From assembly GCA_031371185.1 (NCBI GenBank), contig JANMJC010000234.1, forward strand, positions 1 through 26,253: 26,253 nucleotides of DNA, given 5' to 3'. The notes beneath the pieces are model-generated. The model searched no databases. It had not been told where the DNA came from and saw only the letters and a program-made list of their open reading frames with translations. This document shows, piece by piece, positions 26,148 to 26,253 of the stretch (positions within the stretch are counted from its first letter, which is position 1; every line of letters starts with the position of its first letter). The translations under genes were made by a program, and so were the position numbers. This stretch comes from Paracoccaceae bacterium. GTDB lineage: Bacteria > Pseudomonadota > Alphaproteobacteria > Rhodobacterales > Rhodobacteraceae.

Positions 26148-26253
26148 ATGGTCAAGGACGCCCCCCTTCGGCTTGGCTTTCTGATGTTCGACGGCTTTCC
26201 GATGGCCTGCCTGACCTCGGCCATCGAGCCTTTGCGGGCGGCCAACGAGATCA
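26148..26253 (+). CDS. GlxA-family (DJ-1 + AraC) transcriptional regulator, 5' end only
   Basis: MVKDAPLRLGFLMFDGFPMACLTSAIEPLRAANEI matches the GFxx...xEPLRxAN start of the family. Runs off the end of the window. Confidence 0.8.
   Translation, partial: MVKDAPLRLGFLMFDGFPMACLTSAIEPLRAANEI

Noticed and set aside
1-26253. CRISPR arrays, tRNA/rRNA genes, intact transposases or integrases
   Set aside because: No regularly spaced repeats, no RNA-gene signatures and no DDE or tyrosine-recombinase ORFs were seen.

Overview
GC-rich alphaproteobacterial DNA, probably Rhodobacteraceae (inferred from gene content and protein style). It is a mosaic of four blocks. (1) 1-2072 is a pseudogene graveyard: the end of an enolase-superfamily gene, two broken SMP-30 lactonase genes, a ~94-bp MITE-like element, and fused fragments of a polyamine-type binding protein and an aldehyde dehydrogenase. 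(2) 2114-6187 (minus strand) is an intact orphan catabolic unit: IclR, SnoaL-like protein, D-2-hydroxyacid dehydrogenase and a ThDP enzyme. (3) 7184-16889 is a LacI-type regulon of two convergent operons, each preceded by the same perfect 16-bp palindrome. One operon encodes a sugar ABC importer (two genes frameshifted) and a lactonase; the other encodes an EthD-like protein, an SDR and a GH31 glycosidase. (4) After a junction carrying an ABC-permease remnant, a destroyed hipBA-like toxin-antitoxin pair and a DUF1612-like HTH gene, 18641-26253 is an intact methylated-amine cluster (tmm, TmoP-like APC permease, dmmDABC, start of a GlxA-type regulator) with no tdm gene in the window. All assignments come from motif recognition by eye; no database searches were run.
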